Positions 9,912-20,243 of a DNA stretch of 64,000 nucleotides are shown here, in pieces. The notes under the pieces are model-generated. The model saw nothing but the letters and a program-made list of their open reading frames with translations. It ran no database searches and was not told the DNA's origin. Where the stretch lies: positions 62,001-126,000 of the forward strand of contig CAYXJN010000005.1 in assembly GCA_964464605.1 (NCBI GenBank). Reading direction: 5' to 3'. The stretch is from an uncultured Ignavibacteriales bacterium (GTDB taxonomy: Bacteria; Zixibacteria; MSB-5A5; GN15; FEB-12). The position numbers were made by a program, and so were the translations under genes. Numbering within the stretch: the first letter of the stretch is position 1; each line of letters opens with the position of its first letter.

Positions 9912-9929
9912 GTAAAAGAAAGATATCAG

Positions 9930-10724
9930 ATGTCAGAGTACAAAAACATCATCGTCGAAAAAAAGGGTGCGAAGAACAATATTTTGTTCGTCACTATCAA
10001 CCGCGAAAAAGCGTTAAACGCCTTGAATAAAGAAACAGTTGCAGAGTTGCAGGCTACCTTCGATAGTAATAAGAGCGATACATCGATCGCCTGTGTCATC
10101 ATGACCGGCGCTGGAGAAAAATCATTCGTAGCTGGTGCGGATATAACGGAGATTCATGATCTCAACGCACAGACCGGCGATACCTTTTCGCAGGCCGGTT
10201 TGCATTTGATGCAATCAATTCAGGATTTCCCTCGTCCGGTTATTGCGGCTGTAAACGGTTTCGCGCTTGGCGGTGGATGTGAATTGGCGATGGCCTGCGA
10301 TATTCGGTTAGCCTCGGAAAAGGCAAAACTCGGTCAGCCGGAAGTGAACCTCGGTATCATCCCCGGCTACGGCGGCACACAACGGTTGCCGCGATTGGTT
10401 GGAATGGGAAAAGCAAAACAGCTGACATTTACCGGTGAAATTATCACCGCGCAGGAAGCGCACCGGATTGGTTTGGTCGATGAAGTATACGCACCGGATC
10501 AGTTAATCGCCAAAGCGATGGAAATGGCGGAGACGATAGCCTCCAAGGGACCAATTGCTATCTCCGCTTCGAAAGCGTGTATAAATGAAGGAATGGAAGT
10601 TTCCCAGAAACAGGGCTGCGTAATCGAGCAGAAAAAATTTGGCCAGGTGTGCGGTACTGGTGACATGAAAGAAGGGACCAAAGCCTTCATGGAAAAACGG
10701 AAAGCTGAATTTACCAATAAATAA
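9930..10724 (+). CDS. Enoyl-CoA hydratase (crotonase family)
   Basis: INREKALNALN, FVAGADI, AVNGFALGGGCELAMACD, QPEVNLGIIPGYGGTQRL. Confidence 0.95.
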   Translation: MSEYKNIIVEKKGAKNNILFVTINREKALNALNKETVAELQATFDSNKSDTSIACVIMTGAGEKSFVAGADITEIHDLNAQTGDTFSQAGLHLMQSIQDFPRPVIAAVNGFALGGGCELAMACDIRLASEKAKLGQPEVNLGIIPGYGGTQRLPRLVGMGKAKQLTFTGEIITAQEAHRIGLVDEVYAPDQLIAKAMEMAETIASKGPIAISASKACINEGMEVSQKQGCVIEQKKFGQVCGTGDMKEGTKAFMEKRKAEFTNK

Positions 10725-10732
10725 GATTTGGT

Positions 10733-11440
10733 ATGAAACCAGGTACCGGTACATGCAGCGTCTGTAAAAAAGAGTTTCCGTTTCGCGAACTCTTCCCGGC
10801 GCAGTTGGTGCGGTCTTCGGTCGCTTCCATTATCAAGAAAGAGCATCCGGATTGGAATGGGGATGGGTATATCTGTGCGAATGATCTGAATCATTGCCGC
10901 GTTTCCTATATCACGCAGGAGTTGGATAAAGAAAAAGGGGATTTATCCGAACTTGAGCAGGCGGTTATCAAGAGTATCAAAGATCATGAAACGATGTCGC
11001 ACAATATACACACCGAGTACACGGACAAAGCGACTTTCGGGCAAAAACTGGCTGATCGGATTGCAACGTTCGGCGGGAGCTGGACATTTATTGTTTCGTT
11101 CATGCTGGTACTGTTTGGCTGGATAGCGCTCAATATCAGCGCCCTACTGGTCAAACCGTTTGATCCATTTCCGTTTATATTGCTCAATTTAGTTTTGTCC
11201 TGTCTGGCGGCGCTTCAGGCGCCGGTAATCATGATGAGTCAGAACCGTCAGGAAGCAAAAGACCGTATGCGCGCAGAACATGATTATCAGATCAATCTGA
11301 AGGCTGAGTTGGAAATTCGTCATCTGAATGAACGGATGGATTATCTGATAACGCATCAATGGCAGCGGTTGATTGAAATCCAGCAAATACAGATAGAAAT
11401 GCTCGAACATCTGCGGGGTGGGAAAGAGAAATTAAAATAG
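10733..11440 (+). CDS. DUF1003 domain membrane protein with N-terminal Cys motif
   Basis: ADRIATFGGSWTFI, FDPFPFILLNLVLSCLAALQAPVIMMSQNRQ, INLKAELEI. Confidence 0.9.
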   Translation: MKPGTGTCSVCKKEFPFRELFPAQLVRSSVASIIKKEHPDWNGDGYICANDLNHCRVSYITQELDKEKGDLSELEQAVIKSIKDHETMSHNIHTEYTDKATFGQKLADRIATFGGSWTFIVSFMLVLFGWIALNISALLVKPFDPFPFILLNLVLSCLAALQAPVIMMSQNRQEAKDRMRAEHDYQINLKAELEIRHLNERMDYLITHQWQRLIEIQQIQIEMLEHLRGGKEKLK

Positions 11441-12070
11441 ATGGAAGTAGCGGCGTTGTTTGTTAATGCCTACATAGTCGGATTTTCGGGCGCAGTCATG
11501 CCAGGGCCGCTGCTTGTAGTGAATGTGGCGGAAACGCCAAAAAACGGCTGGAAGACCGGCGCTTTTATTACGACCGGCCATGCATTCGTTGAATTTGTAC
11601 TTGTCATTTTACTTTTGCTGGGAGCATCCACCATCGCGCAGAATCCCGGCGTAGCCAGGATAATCGGTATTGTCGGCGGGATTGCCCTGATAGCGATGGG
11701 GATTATGATGGCTTCTGATATACTGCGTAATAAACTGTCGTACGATCTTCAGGGGAAAGCATCAGGCTCAGGGGGGAAACTTGCCGGCAAAGGGGTGCTG
11801 GCTACGCTGACTAATCCATTCTGGTTTGTTTGGTGGGCAACGGTCGGGTTCGGTTTTCTCGTGCAATCGCAGGAGTTTGGGTATATCGGCCCGGTTGCCT
11901 TTTATTTCGGGCATATCCTTGCGGATTACACTTGGTACATACTGATTTCTGTGCTGGTCTGGAAGGGAAGAGCGCTGTTAGTCGGTCCGGCGTTTAAGGT
12001 AGTGCTTTTGGCCTGTGCCGCATTTTTGATTTATTTAGGAATCAAGTTTATCTCTATCGGTATGGCCTGA
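11441..12070 (+). CDS. LysE-family transporter
   Basis: GAVMPGPL, GHAFVE, TLTNPFWFVWW; about six hydrophobic helices. Confidence 0.85.
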   Translation: MEVAALFVNAYIVGFSGAVMPGPLLVVNVAETPKNGWKTGAFITTGHAFVEFVLVILLLLGASTIAQNPGVARIIGIVGGIALIAMGIMMASDILRNKLSYDLQGKASGSGGKLAGKGVLATLTNPFWFVWWATVGFGFLVQSQEFGYIGPVAFYFGHILADYTWYILISVLVWKGRALLVGPAFKVVLLACAAFLIYLGIKFISIGMA

Positions 12071-12072
12071 TT

Positions 12073-12972
12073 TCAATCCGCTTTAAAGATCAATCCTCGA
12101 AACGCCAGCTTGAACGTGAATTGCCCGCTTTCGATTCCGTCGCCGCTTTTATCTTCATGCTTCATGTTGTAATTCTTGTGTTCAAATTCAAAGATGAAAT
12201 TGCTGATTTCGCCGGTAACCCGAACACCGAAGCCGTCAAAGTCGGTGTCTAAATTCGGTTCGGCGAATATGTCGTGGTAATCATCGACAGTTGCATCGGT
12301 AATCGCTAAGCGGCTGTAATAAATTGAAGTGGTCATGGCAACTTTGGCATTACCCAACACACCGGTGAATGCAAACGGTCGAATGCCAAAGTTAAAGGAA
12401 CTGGCGTTGAAACTTTTGTCAGTGGTGCCGTCGGCGGTGGTATAGGAATGCCAAAAGATTTCTGCGAACAGGGTGCCGATATCCGAGAATGATTTCCCCT
12501 GATCCTGCATCCGGGTAAACGGCGTTAATTCACCGCTTAACAAAAAGGCAGTATTGCTTGCTTCCGGGAAAACCAGGGAGGTTTTATCGAGTGTGTTGAT
12601 TGAATCGGCGTCAGATTCAACACTTCGCAATCCCGTTCCTTTCCCGAAGGCAGCAAGCAGGTTTACTCGCGTCAGTTTTTTCCACTGATTGTTTTTCGGC
12701 AAATTTTCTTTGGTGTACGTGACTGCATGCGGGTTCCATTCGATAGCAAAGCGGGCGGAAGGAAGATCCGGTTTATTCGTTTCACCGCTGGCTACGCCGC
12801 CGATACCGAAGATTGCCCAGCGTGCAATTTTGCCATATACAAAATCCGGATTTGTTACCGTATCCGGATTTGCTTTTGCTTTTCGAATAACAATCGGAGT
12901 TTGCGCTGTCGTTTGCGAAAAGCAACACGCGACTATCGCAAGAATTGCCAAAACACCTTTTTGCATTGTCAT
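12073..12972 (-). CDS. Hypothetical secreted protein (beta-strand rich, possibly outer membrane)
   Basis: Signal peptide MQKGVLAILAIVACCFSQTTA; alternating aromatic/hydrophobic strands; exact start uncertain. Confidence 0.65.
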   Translation of the reverse strand: MTMQKGVLAILAIVACCFSQTTAQTPIVIRKAKANPDTVTNPDFVYGKIARWAIFGIGGVASGETNKPDLPSARFAIEWNPHAVTYTKENLPKNNQWKKLTRVNLLAAFGKGTGLRSVESDADSINTLDKTSLVFPEASNTAFLLSGELTPFTRMQDQGKSFSDIGTLFAEIFWHSYTTADGTTDKSFNASSFNFGIRPFAFTGVLGNAKVAMTTSIYYSRLAITDATVDDYHDIFAEPNLDTDFDGFGVRVTGEISNFIFEFEHKNYNMKHEDKSGDGIESGQFTFKLAFRGLIFKAD

Positions 12973-13060
12973 AAACACTGCCCTTTGAAACTATCTGCCG
13001 TTGGTTTCTATTGATAGTGTAACGGGCAAGATAGACAGTGTCAAGTCAGGCTATGGCGGC

Positions 13061-13089
13061 AATAAAAAAGGCCGCTCAACGCGGCCTTT
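13061..13089 (-). terminator. Intrinsic terminator of the giant secreted protein gene
   Basis: Minus strand AAAGGCCGC-GTTGA-GCGGCCTTT followed by TTTATT. Confidence 0.8.
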
Positions 13090-13112
13090 GTAATTTCAAT
13101 CGGCGTAGCTAA

Positions 13113-16100
13113 TTAATCATGTTTCGGTTTGACGGCAATTTTACCCTGGGTAAGGCTGGCACCGCTTACATACCAAAGATAGACACCGAACGCGACTATA
13201 TTGCCGGATTCGTTTTTACCATCCCATGTCCAGTCACCGGTCAAACCGGTTTCATGGCGAACCGTTTCACCGTTTACATTGCGAATCCAGAGTTCAACCG
13301 GTTCGCTCGGCAGCCTGAATACCACCGTTTCACCTTCATTGAAACAGACCGGATTGGGATAGGCGATAACTTCTTCTTCCGCGCTCACCACGAAACTGGT
13401 GGTCGGCGAATAGGCATAGTTATTGGCCCGTACGCGCCAGAAGTAGGTTTCCCCTGCGCTGAGTTCAACCGGGACAGTCCATTCGGTGAAACCGTTGTTC
13501 TGTTCGGCTATCGGTTCTGAGTTGGCGACAGAGGTAACGAAATTGGAATCGGTTGAAAGATCGAAGTAGTAAAAATTCACACCGGCTGCGGTAATATTCT
13601 GCGCGCGGAGAGTCGGCTGGTCACTCGGGACAGATTGTCCGTCAATCGGCCAGGCGACATCGGCTGTGTATTCATCTCCACCCGTCGAAAGACCGGAGAA
13701 GGTAAATGAAGTCGGGGTGGTATAGGAAGACTGTGCACCGGCAGTATCTTCAGAGCGAACGCGCCACCAGTAGCGCTGACCTTCGGTGGGGCTGAAGCTG
13801 AAAAAGGTTGCTTCGGTTTGACCTGAACCTTCGGTAACATTTTGTCTGGTCGCAACGACTGAACCAAATGCAGAGTCGCTGGCAATCTGGAAATCGTATA
13901 CCAGCGGATCACCATCCGGGTCAATACCGTTGGTAATCGCTAAAATAACCGGGGCGGTCGTGACCACATCGTTGTTAACCGGCGAAAGCGGCGTCGGTTG
14001 TGACGGCGCATTATTGGTTGCGGCAATCTGCACGGTAAAGGTTACCATCGAAGTCCACGCAGAGTAGGCAGTGCCGTCATAGCTGCGCGCTCTCCAGCGA
14101 TACGAAGTGCCGTTATCGAGCGTCATCGAGACATTCCAACTGGTAAAATTAGTGCCCGAAGCAACACCGGATACGGAGCTTTCAAGTGATGAACCGGTGG
14201 AATCATAGAGCTGGAATTCATAGGTCAATACGTCACCGTTGGCGTCGGTACTGTTGCCGACGATCAAAGTCGGGTGATCACTGTTAACCTGACCGCCGTT
14301 GGTCGGTGAGGTAATAGTCGGTGTTGTAGGAGCGCTGTTGGTGACAATGTTCACCGTAAACGACCGAGTGCTGCTCCAGTTCGAGCTTGCGATAGCATCC
14401 TTCGCCCGGGCGCGCCAGTAGTAAATCTGGTTGTTGTTGAGCGACGGGGAAGGAGTCCAGCTGATCTGGGCACTTTGGCCGACGATTGAGGTCGAACGGA
14501 CGATTGTCGAGAAAGTTGAATTGGTAGAAACCTGGAAATCGTAGGTGAGCGTGGTGCCGTCCGGATCGGTGGATGCATTCACGATCAATGTCGGGGTCAA
14601 CGTCGCTACGACAGCGCCGTTGGCCGGTGACTGTGGTGAAGGCGTTGTCGGCACATTGTTCGGCGTCGAGAACTTGTAGGTGCTTGTCCAGTTTGAGGCT
14701 GTTGTGCCGTTGGTGCTGCGCGCTCTCCACCAGTAAAAACGACCCGGCTGCAGTGAATTTACCAATGTCCAGCAGGTAGTACCGCCGGCATTTTCACCAA
14801 CGCTGGTATTCGAGGTAGCAAGCGTGGTTAACGTAGAATCAGAGTAAACTTCAAACGTATAAATCTGTCCTTGTGTACATCCGGTAGCAGGAACGGAATT
14901 GACTACACACAGAGTCGGACGAAGACTGGTCACTGCGCTATTGTTAGCCGGTGACGAAAGTCCCGGTACGCCGGGTGCAGTCAGACATTCATTTCCCGTT
15001 GAAAGGGTGACATACCAGAATGATGTCGCGCTTGAAAAATTCGAATAACTGCTGCCGTCATAGGCGCGCACCCGCCAGTAATACCGTTGACCGTTCACCG
15101 GTACGAAATTGTTGAAGCTCACCTGTGTCTGGTTCGACGATTGTGTAACGTTTTTAGCGGAGTCGACTAATGCCGTAAACCCGGAGTTGGTGCTGATGAA
15201 AAAATCATACGTTAGCGTGTTGCCGTCGACATCAGTTGCATTATTGACGCGCAATGCTATCGGGGTGGTGTTGACGGTATCAGCATTGGTCGGTGTTACG
15301 TTCGTCGGTGCAGTCGGAGCGGTATTGCCGCCGGATTGTCCTGCTGTGTTGTTGAGTACGGGTGACGGGGAAGATGAATTGACGTTTACCGCAAATGAAC
15401 TGACTGAGCTGTCATTCCCCATTTTTGCTTTGACACTGAAATTGTTGAAGTTCATCGAGTCGGGGTTGTCATCGGATGAGTACCAGTACGAAACCGTACC
15501 ACTGATACGTCCGTTGCCGTTTGTCGTTCCGGACAGTACCGTCTGGCCGTAGTTGTTGGTAACGGTTACCGTTGCACCCGGAACCGGCAGTGCGTTGTTG
15601 CCGCGGACCTGAATATCCAGAGTGCGGGCAAGGGTCATTTCGCTGGTACCGCTTGACGCGTACCAGGTGATATTGGTATCAGAAGCGCCGTTTACGAATT
15701 TGCAGTCAACGGCGATGTTATCCAGCGAGCTTGTTCCGCCAAATCCGATACTCCAAGTCTTTTTGTTGAACGTGAAGGTGGAATCGAAGGCAAGCGTATC
15801 TCCCTGAAAACGGAATTTGTTACTCGCCATACCGTTGTATTGGTCACCGAGATAAATAATCGTCGAGCTTCCACTGAAGTAGTTATTGCGAACGATGTGG
15901 TAGAATGTCGATCCGTTGAATTGCGATTCGCACGCTTTTACGTTGGTACCGGTCGTGGTCGATTTGGCGATAAAACGGTTCCGTTCGAAAATACAGGTGT
16001 CTGCAGAATTGGGAAACCCGATGTTCATAACCGCGACATCGTTACCAATGGCGGTCGTTGCGTCGTCATTGTCACCAATCCCGATAAACGTGTTGTCATA

Positions 16101-17120
16101 CACATGCACAAAACTGGTAACGCCGCCGTCGATAGCGCGCATACGGATAACGCGGGTGACACCTTCCAGATTTTCACCTGAAGGTCCGGCGTGAATCGTA
16201 AGGTGATTGTTGTAGACTTCAATCGGATTAGCCGACGTACCGGTGCAGTTTTCAAGCATAATACCGCGGCTGCCGCCATACTGAGTACCCGAGGTCAGGA
16301 TATTGTTGCGAATGATCGTACCCGCTTCCGCGCCACGGCAGAGAATCAAATAGGAGTTATCTGCTGATTGCCCGATTGGCGCCTGCTGATTTTGCCAAAG
16401 ATAAAGACTATCCCAGTAAACGTTGCGGGCGTCGGTGGTGATGTGGCACCCTTCGATGATAAATTCACCCTTAACGATAATGCCCTGACACGGGCCGTTG
16501 GTGATATTGACATTGGCGATACGAACGTCGTACGCGCCGGAAGTACCGGGGAATGAACCGCTGTAGAATACTGCGCCGGAATACGTTTCACGGCTGGTAA
16601 ATGATTCGGAATTATTGCGCCAGTTACCACCGTCGAAGTTGACGTTCACGGTAGAAGAATAGCCGCCGTCGATATTCACGCACTGCGCGTTATGGCCATC
16701 GACGGCAATGTTCGTCCCGAGAAAATTCAGGTTGCCTGCGTTGGAGATACGAATACCGTTGGCGCCCGAGCCATTCTGTCCGGTTTTGATAAGGGTTCCG
16801 CCGATAACAGTCACGTTGCTGGTACCGCTGACCATGATACCGCGCGCGTTGTTTGACGTACCGGTGCCGAACTGGATCGTATCGCTACCGAGATTCAACA
16901 CAACATTGCTGCCGTTGACAGTGATACCGTTGCCGGATGAAGTCAGCTTCGTTCCGGCGATGGTGAAGGTATCGTTATCGCTTGATGCAGTATACGGCAG
17001 TGATGAAATGGTAACTTGTCCGGCAAATAGATGCGAACTGGAAATAACTATCAGACAAACGACCAAAAACGGCAACAGACGCCATCCCTGTCCGCTTGTT
17101 TTGCGGATTTCACCAAACAT
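13113..17120 (-). CDS. Large secreted protein: parallel beta-helix, carboxypeptidase-regulatory-like Ig domain, six FN3-like repeats, YPNP/FlgD-type C-terminal sorting domain
   Basis: ATG 17120 with GAGGA RBS and a signal-like segment; N/G/I-rich beta-helix repeats; PVPGATVTV...TTNGNG; six repeats ending Y.WR.R; C-terminal IAYPNP...WDGKNESG..VA.GVY. Confidence 0.85.
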   Translation of the reverse strand: MFGEIRKTSGQGWRLLPFLVVCLIVISSSHLFAGQVTISSLPYTASSDNDTFTIAGTKLTSSGNGITVNGSNVVLNLGSDTIQFGTGTSNNARGIMVSGTSNVTVIGGTLIKTGQNGSGANGIRISNAGNLNFLGTNIAVDGHNAQCVNIDGGYSSTVNVNFDGGNWRNNSESFTSRETYSGAVFYSGSFPGTSGAYDVRIANVNITNGPCQGIIVKGEFIIEGCHITTDARNVYWDSLYLWQNQQAPIGQSADNSYLILCRGAEAGTIIRNNILTSGTQYGGSRGIMLENCTGTSANPIEVYNNHLTIHAGPSGENLEGVTRVIRMRAIDGGVTSFVHVYDNTFIGIGDNDDATTAIGNDVAVMNIGFPNSADTCIFERNRFIAKSTTTGTNVKACESQFNGSTFYHIVRNNYFSGSSTIIYLGDQYNGMASNKFRFQGDTLAFDSTFTFNKKTWSIGFGGTSSLDNIAVDCKFVNGASDTNITWYASSGTSEMTLARTLDIQVRGNNALPVPGATVTVTNNYGQTVLSGTTNGNGRISGTVSYWYSSDDNPDSMNFNNFSVKAKMGNDSSVSSFAVNVNSSSPSPVLNNTAGQSGGNTAPTAPTNVTPTNADTVNTTPIALRVNNATDVDGNTLTYDFFISTNSGFTALVDSAKNVTQSSNQTQVSFNNFVPVNGQRYYWRVRAYDGSSYSNFSSATSFWYVTLSTGNECLTAPGVPGLSSPANNSAVTSLRPTLCVVNSVPATGCTQGQIYTFEVYSDSTLTTLATSNTSVGENAGGTTCWTLVNSLQPGRFYWWRARSTNGTTASNWTSTYKFSTPNNVPTTPSPQSPANGAVVATLTPTLIVNASTDPDGTTLTYDFQVSTNSTFSTIVRSTSIVGQSAQISWTPSPSLNNNQIYYWRARAKDAIASSNWSSTRSFTVNIVTNSAPTTPTITSPTNGGQVNSDHPTLIVGNSTDANGDVLTYEFQLYDSTGSSLESSVSGVASGTNFTSWNVSMTLDNGTSYRWRARSYDGTAYSAWTSMVTFTVQIAATNNAPSQPTPLSPVNNDVVTTAPVILAITNGIDPDGDPLVYDFQIASDSAFGSVVATRQNVTEGSGQTEATFFSFSPTEGQRYWWRVRSEDTAGAQSSYTTPTSFTFSGLSTGGDEYTADVAWPIDGQSVPSDQPTLRAQNITAAGVNFYYFDLSTDSNFVTSVANSEPIAEQNNGFTEWTVPVELSAGETYFWRVRANNYAYSPTTSFVVSAEEEVIAYPNPVCFNEGETVVFRLPSEPVELWIRNVNGETVRHETGLTGDWTWDGKNESGNIVAFGVYLWYVSGASLTQGKIAVKPKHD
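13385..15330 (-). repeat. Six tandem ~100-aa FN3/Ig-like protein repeats
   Basis: Units start N.AP..P...SP.N, four of six contain D.[DN]G..L.Y.F, and end RYYWRVRA, FYWWRARS, IYYWRARA, SYRWRARS, RYWWRVRS, TYFWRVRA. Confidence 0.85.
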
Positions 17121-17545
17121 CTTTTCCTCACATTCCCTATAAAAAACTTGTGGTATATACGGGCTGAAAGGAGCAAATCCAAGGAAAAATCTGCCAGCCC
17201 CGCCTTTGTTTTTGATTTTCAGAATCGGTCCCATCCGTTCACTCCTTTTATACATCCGATTAACTCGAAAAACGGAGCGAAGAAGCATCTTTTGTCAACA
17301 CCTTCGCACCCTTTCTTGTTGTCGGTCATTCGGCCCGGAAGCATAAGTGCCCAAAGCCGTTAGTAGACAGATAAGCGGGAGTACAAGCGTTGTGCCGTCT
17401 CGGCAGAAATCTATAATATATTGATTTTCAGTTAGTTACGGGATCGTCAACAGGCGCTGTCCCAATTGCCCTGTTGAGTGGTTGAACAAATGCGCGAAAC
17501 GCTTGCGCAGCGGTAGCACAGCAATAAGCGCAATTTCTGCGGAAA

Positions 17546-19246
17546 TTAGAAAAGGCGCCGGCCAAAGGCGTAAAGTGAAAATGAGCTCTGTTTAGAAACC
17601 GTTACGCCTCGACTGGAAAGCTCTGCTTTCAAGTCAGCCGGTAGCATGCTTTTAGTCAGGCGGATCGATTTTGAAGAAGCGGTTATTGCTGCAAGCGCAA
17701 ATTGAATCAGCGAAGCAATCGGATGCGGAGAATCGGAAATCGGGGAAATACGCAGATCGGTCAGATTCGTATCTGATACCCAAATTACTCCGGACATAAC
17801 CTCGTATTCGAAAACGGCGATACAGCACTCTTTGTTTTGCAAACGAGCCTCAAGCGCCTTTGCTTCCGGTGAATCGAGTAAATAGCCGTAGAATGTTGCC
17901 AACGATGCTGTATCAGAAACCGTCAATTCCCGAATAACGGTATTCGCTTCACGGTTCGGTTTTGTCGGGTTAGCGGAAAGCGAGTAAGAAGGTACTTTTG
18001 AAATCCAGATTAGGTTTTTTAGTACCGAACCGATGCCGTACAGCGCAGCGCCGAAAACACCCCGCTCATGAATCGTGCGCAGGGTTCGGGTTTTCATTTC
18101 CTGCGCTTTCCGATTCTTGATCAAAGATTGGCCGAATGAGGTTTGCTTAATCCATTCATAGGCATCCCGCAGCTGTTTTTCCCATGTGCGGCCGTAGACG
18201 GTTATCCGGTAGTTGCGGTATTCTTCATCAGCGACCAGTTTTTTGTATGGCCCGGCTCCCCGCGCAAAATCGAGATTGAAACCATCTTTGATAAATGTCT
18301 CTGTCTGCACCAGTACATGCAGCGTCCCGGGAGATTTTTTTGCATAGTATTGATTGTAGGCAAGGGTGTAATGATAGATAATCCGGTTGTATTCGAAATT
18401 GAACGAGAGGGCTATCGGCTGGTCGTCGCAATACGACCCCATCAGACAGATTTCATTGCCTGATTGCAGGCGATGAACCAATTCCCGGTAGAATAAACGG
18501 AATTTTTCTTCGTGAAATTTGCTCGGCGTGGAAGTCGATTCCCAGCGAATACAATGCAAAAGGAACATTCGCCGTAATTCACGCTCAATCTCGCTCGGGT
18601 TGCTGATCCGGCGGACATCGAACCCACCCGCACCCTTGAAATAATTATAGCAGCGTTTCAAGTCATGGCTGCGACGTATACTAAAGGCCTGACGTTCCGC
18701 TTCGGTACCGGTGAAGAAAAATTGCAGACAGATATCCGATTCGACAATCTCAAAAAGTTCATCCGTCGGCGGAAGCAATTCCCGCAGAATTCTCAGTGAA
18801 GCAGAACTTTGATTTACCTGCTCGAATGAAATTTTATTCCAATGGTTTTTATTGGCCATGAGGTAATCGATAACGAGCGACCAGAGCAGTTGTTTGTCGG
18901 CACCGATAATATCGCCGTAGTCGGCATCGGGCGTGCCGATAAACTGCACTGTGCGCAGACGAAGCCAGGGAAGGCTGCTCGTGCGGATCATGAGCGGCGC
19001 CACTCCGATTATTTCATCTCCTCGCTTAACTGCTAAAATACATAGCTCATGCCCCTGTCCGAATGCACTCCACCAGCTGCGCAGCCAGGCATGAGTCAGA
19101 AAAATCGTGTTGATATCGCTTTGGGCAACCAGTGAATCCCAGACCGGTTTGAGGGCATCAAAACCGGCATCGCTGATAATACGCGTGACAACAGGATGTT
19201 GTCCGGTTGTTTGCGTTTGCTCTGGTTGCACGATTGTTTCGCTCAT
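17546..19246 (-). CDS. CelD/BcsL-like GNAT (Acetyltransf_6) protein with extra C-terminal domain
   Basis: WDSLV...IFLTHAWLRSWW, GVAPLM, ADYGDII, KSPGTL, DFARGAGPYK. Confidence 0.85.
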   Translation of the reverse strand: MSETIVQPEQTQTTGQHPVVTRIISDAGFDALKPVWDSLVAQSDINTIFLTHAWLRSWWSAFGQGHELCILAVKRGDEIIGVAPLMIRTSSLPWLRLRTVQFIGTPDADYGDIIGADKQLLWSLVIDYLMANKNHWNKISFEQVNQSSASLRILRELLPPTDELFEIVESDICLQFFFTGTEAERQAFSIRRSHDLKRCYNYFKGAGGFDVRRISNPSEIERELRRMFLLHCIRWESTSTPSKFHEEKFRLFYRELVHRLQSGNEICLMGSYCDDQPIALSFNFEYNRIIYHYTLAYNQYYAKKSPGTLHVLVQTETFIKDGFNLDFARGAGPYKKLVADEEYRNYRITVYGRTWEKQLRDAYEWIKQTSFGQSLIKNRKAQEMKTRTLRTIHERGVFGAALYGIGSVLKNLIWISKVPSYSLSANPTKPNREANTVIRELTVSDTASLATFYGYLLDSPEAKALEARLQNKECCIAVFEYEVMSGVIWVSDTNLTDLRISPISDSPHPIASLIQFALAAITASSKSIRLTKSMLPADLKAELSSRGVTVSKQSSFSLYAFGRRLF

Positions 19247-20238
19247 TTGCCAATCAGTTGGATGATGAAGTAATACAGTCCGGAACAGCGGGCACGGAAC
19301 TCGCTATCGGAAACATCGCCGCCGATATTGACCCGTTTCATTTGGTATACGTCATCGCCGGGAGTATAGAGTCCGTCGATAGTGCTCACTGCCGCTTTAC
19401 ACCCAGCTTCTTTGACAATTGTAACAGTTTCGGTGTTAAAATCCTCTTTGCGGCCGTTCGGATAGGCAAAAAGCGGCGCGGTCGGAATGTTCCATTGTTG
19501 AAGGGCAGCAATACTGCCTGCTATTTCTTTTTTTTGTTCATCCCGGCTTTGGGTTGAGAGAATCGGATGCGTATTCGTATGCGCGCAGACTGTAAACTCA
19601 GCAGAATTAGCGAGTTCTTTAATCTGTTCAGGCGTCATCAACCCGAATGGATTTTGGCGCGGTTGCAATTGCTCAGTCGCTTTTACAATAGCGCCAAAGG
19701 TACTTTCTCTTTGGGCGTGGGGCATCGTTTTCATAGCTGTCAGTATAGTATCGACCCTTTTTACCCGGTCGTCAATGCTACCGGCCGGAATCTCGCCGAA
19801 TCCTGTGGCGGTAAGATTTACCGGTTTTGACGGGTCAGCAGTAAGCCGGGAAAACAGTTGATCCGCCCAAATTAGTTTACCCTGTTCGGAAAGTTGTGGT
19901 ACGACAAAGAGAGTAGCCGTTAATCCATTTTCTCGCAAGACCGGCCATGCCTGTTCATAGGTATTCAATAGTCCGTCATCGAAGGTTATAACTGCACAGC
20001 GGGTATCACCCGTTTTTTTTTGCACGACATCCGACAAACTTACCACACGGTATTTTGATTTCAGATACGCCATCTGACGAACAAATGCGTCTCGTGAAAT
20101 AATGGTCCAACAGGAAAATGGGAGCTGCAATTCGACAACGCCATGATACATCAGGATCGGTATTTTGTTTTTATTCAACACTCGAAACAGCCAGTTGAGG
20201 CCAATCAAATCTGCGCATGACCAAAAGAGTTTCCGCAT
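19243..20238 (-). CDS. Polysaccharide deacetylase (CE4/NodB)
   Basis: ILMYHGV, VITFDDG, HTNTHPIL, FAYPNG. Confidence 0.92.
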   Translation of the reverse strand: MRKLFWSCADLIGLNWLFRVLNKNKIPILMYHGVVELQLPFSCWTIISRDAFVRQMAYLKSKYRVVSLSDVVQKKTGDTRCAVITFDDGLLNTYEQAWPVLRENGLTATLFVVPQLSEQGKLIWADQLFSRLTADPSKPVNLTATGFGEIPAGSIDDRVKRVDTILTAMKTMPHAQRESTFGAIVKATEQLQPRQNPFGLMTPEQIKELANSAEFTVCAHTNTHPILSTQSRDEQKKEIAGSIAALQQWNIPTAPLFAYPNGRKEDFNTETVTIVKEAGCKAAVSTIDGLYTPGDDVYQMKRVNIGGDVSDSEFRARCSGLYYFIIQLIGK

Positions 20239-20243
20239 TGGAA

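Noticed and set aside
17121..17288. N-terminal extensions in the ORF track (also 2533, 5135, 47870, 56465, 57823, 57829, 59027)
   Set aside because: Downstream starts have RBSs or signal peptides; several extensions run through promoter sequence.
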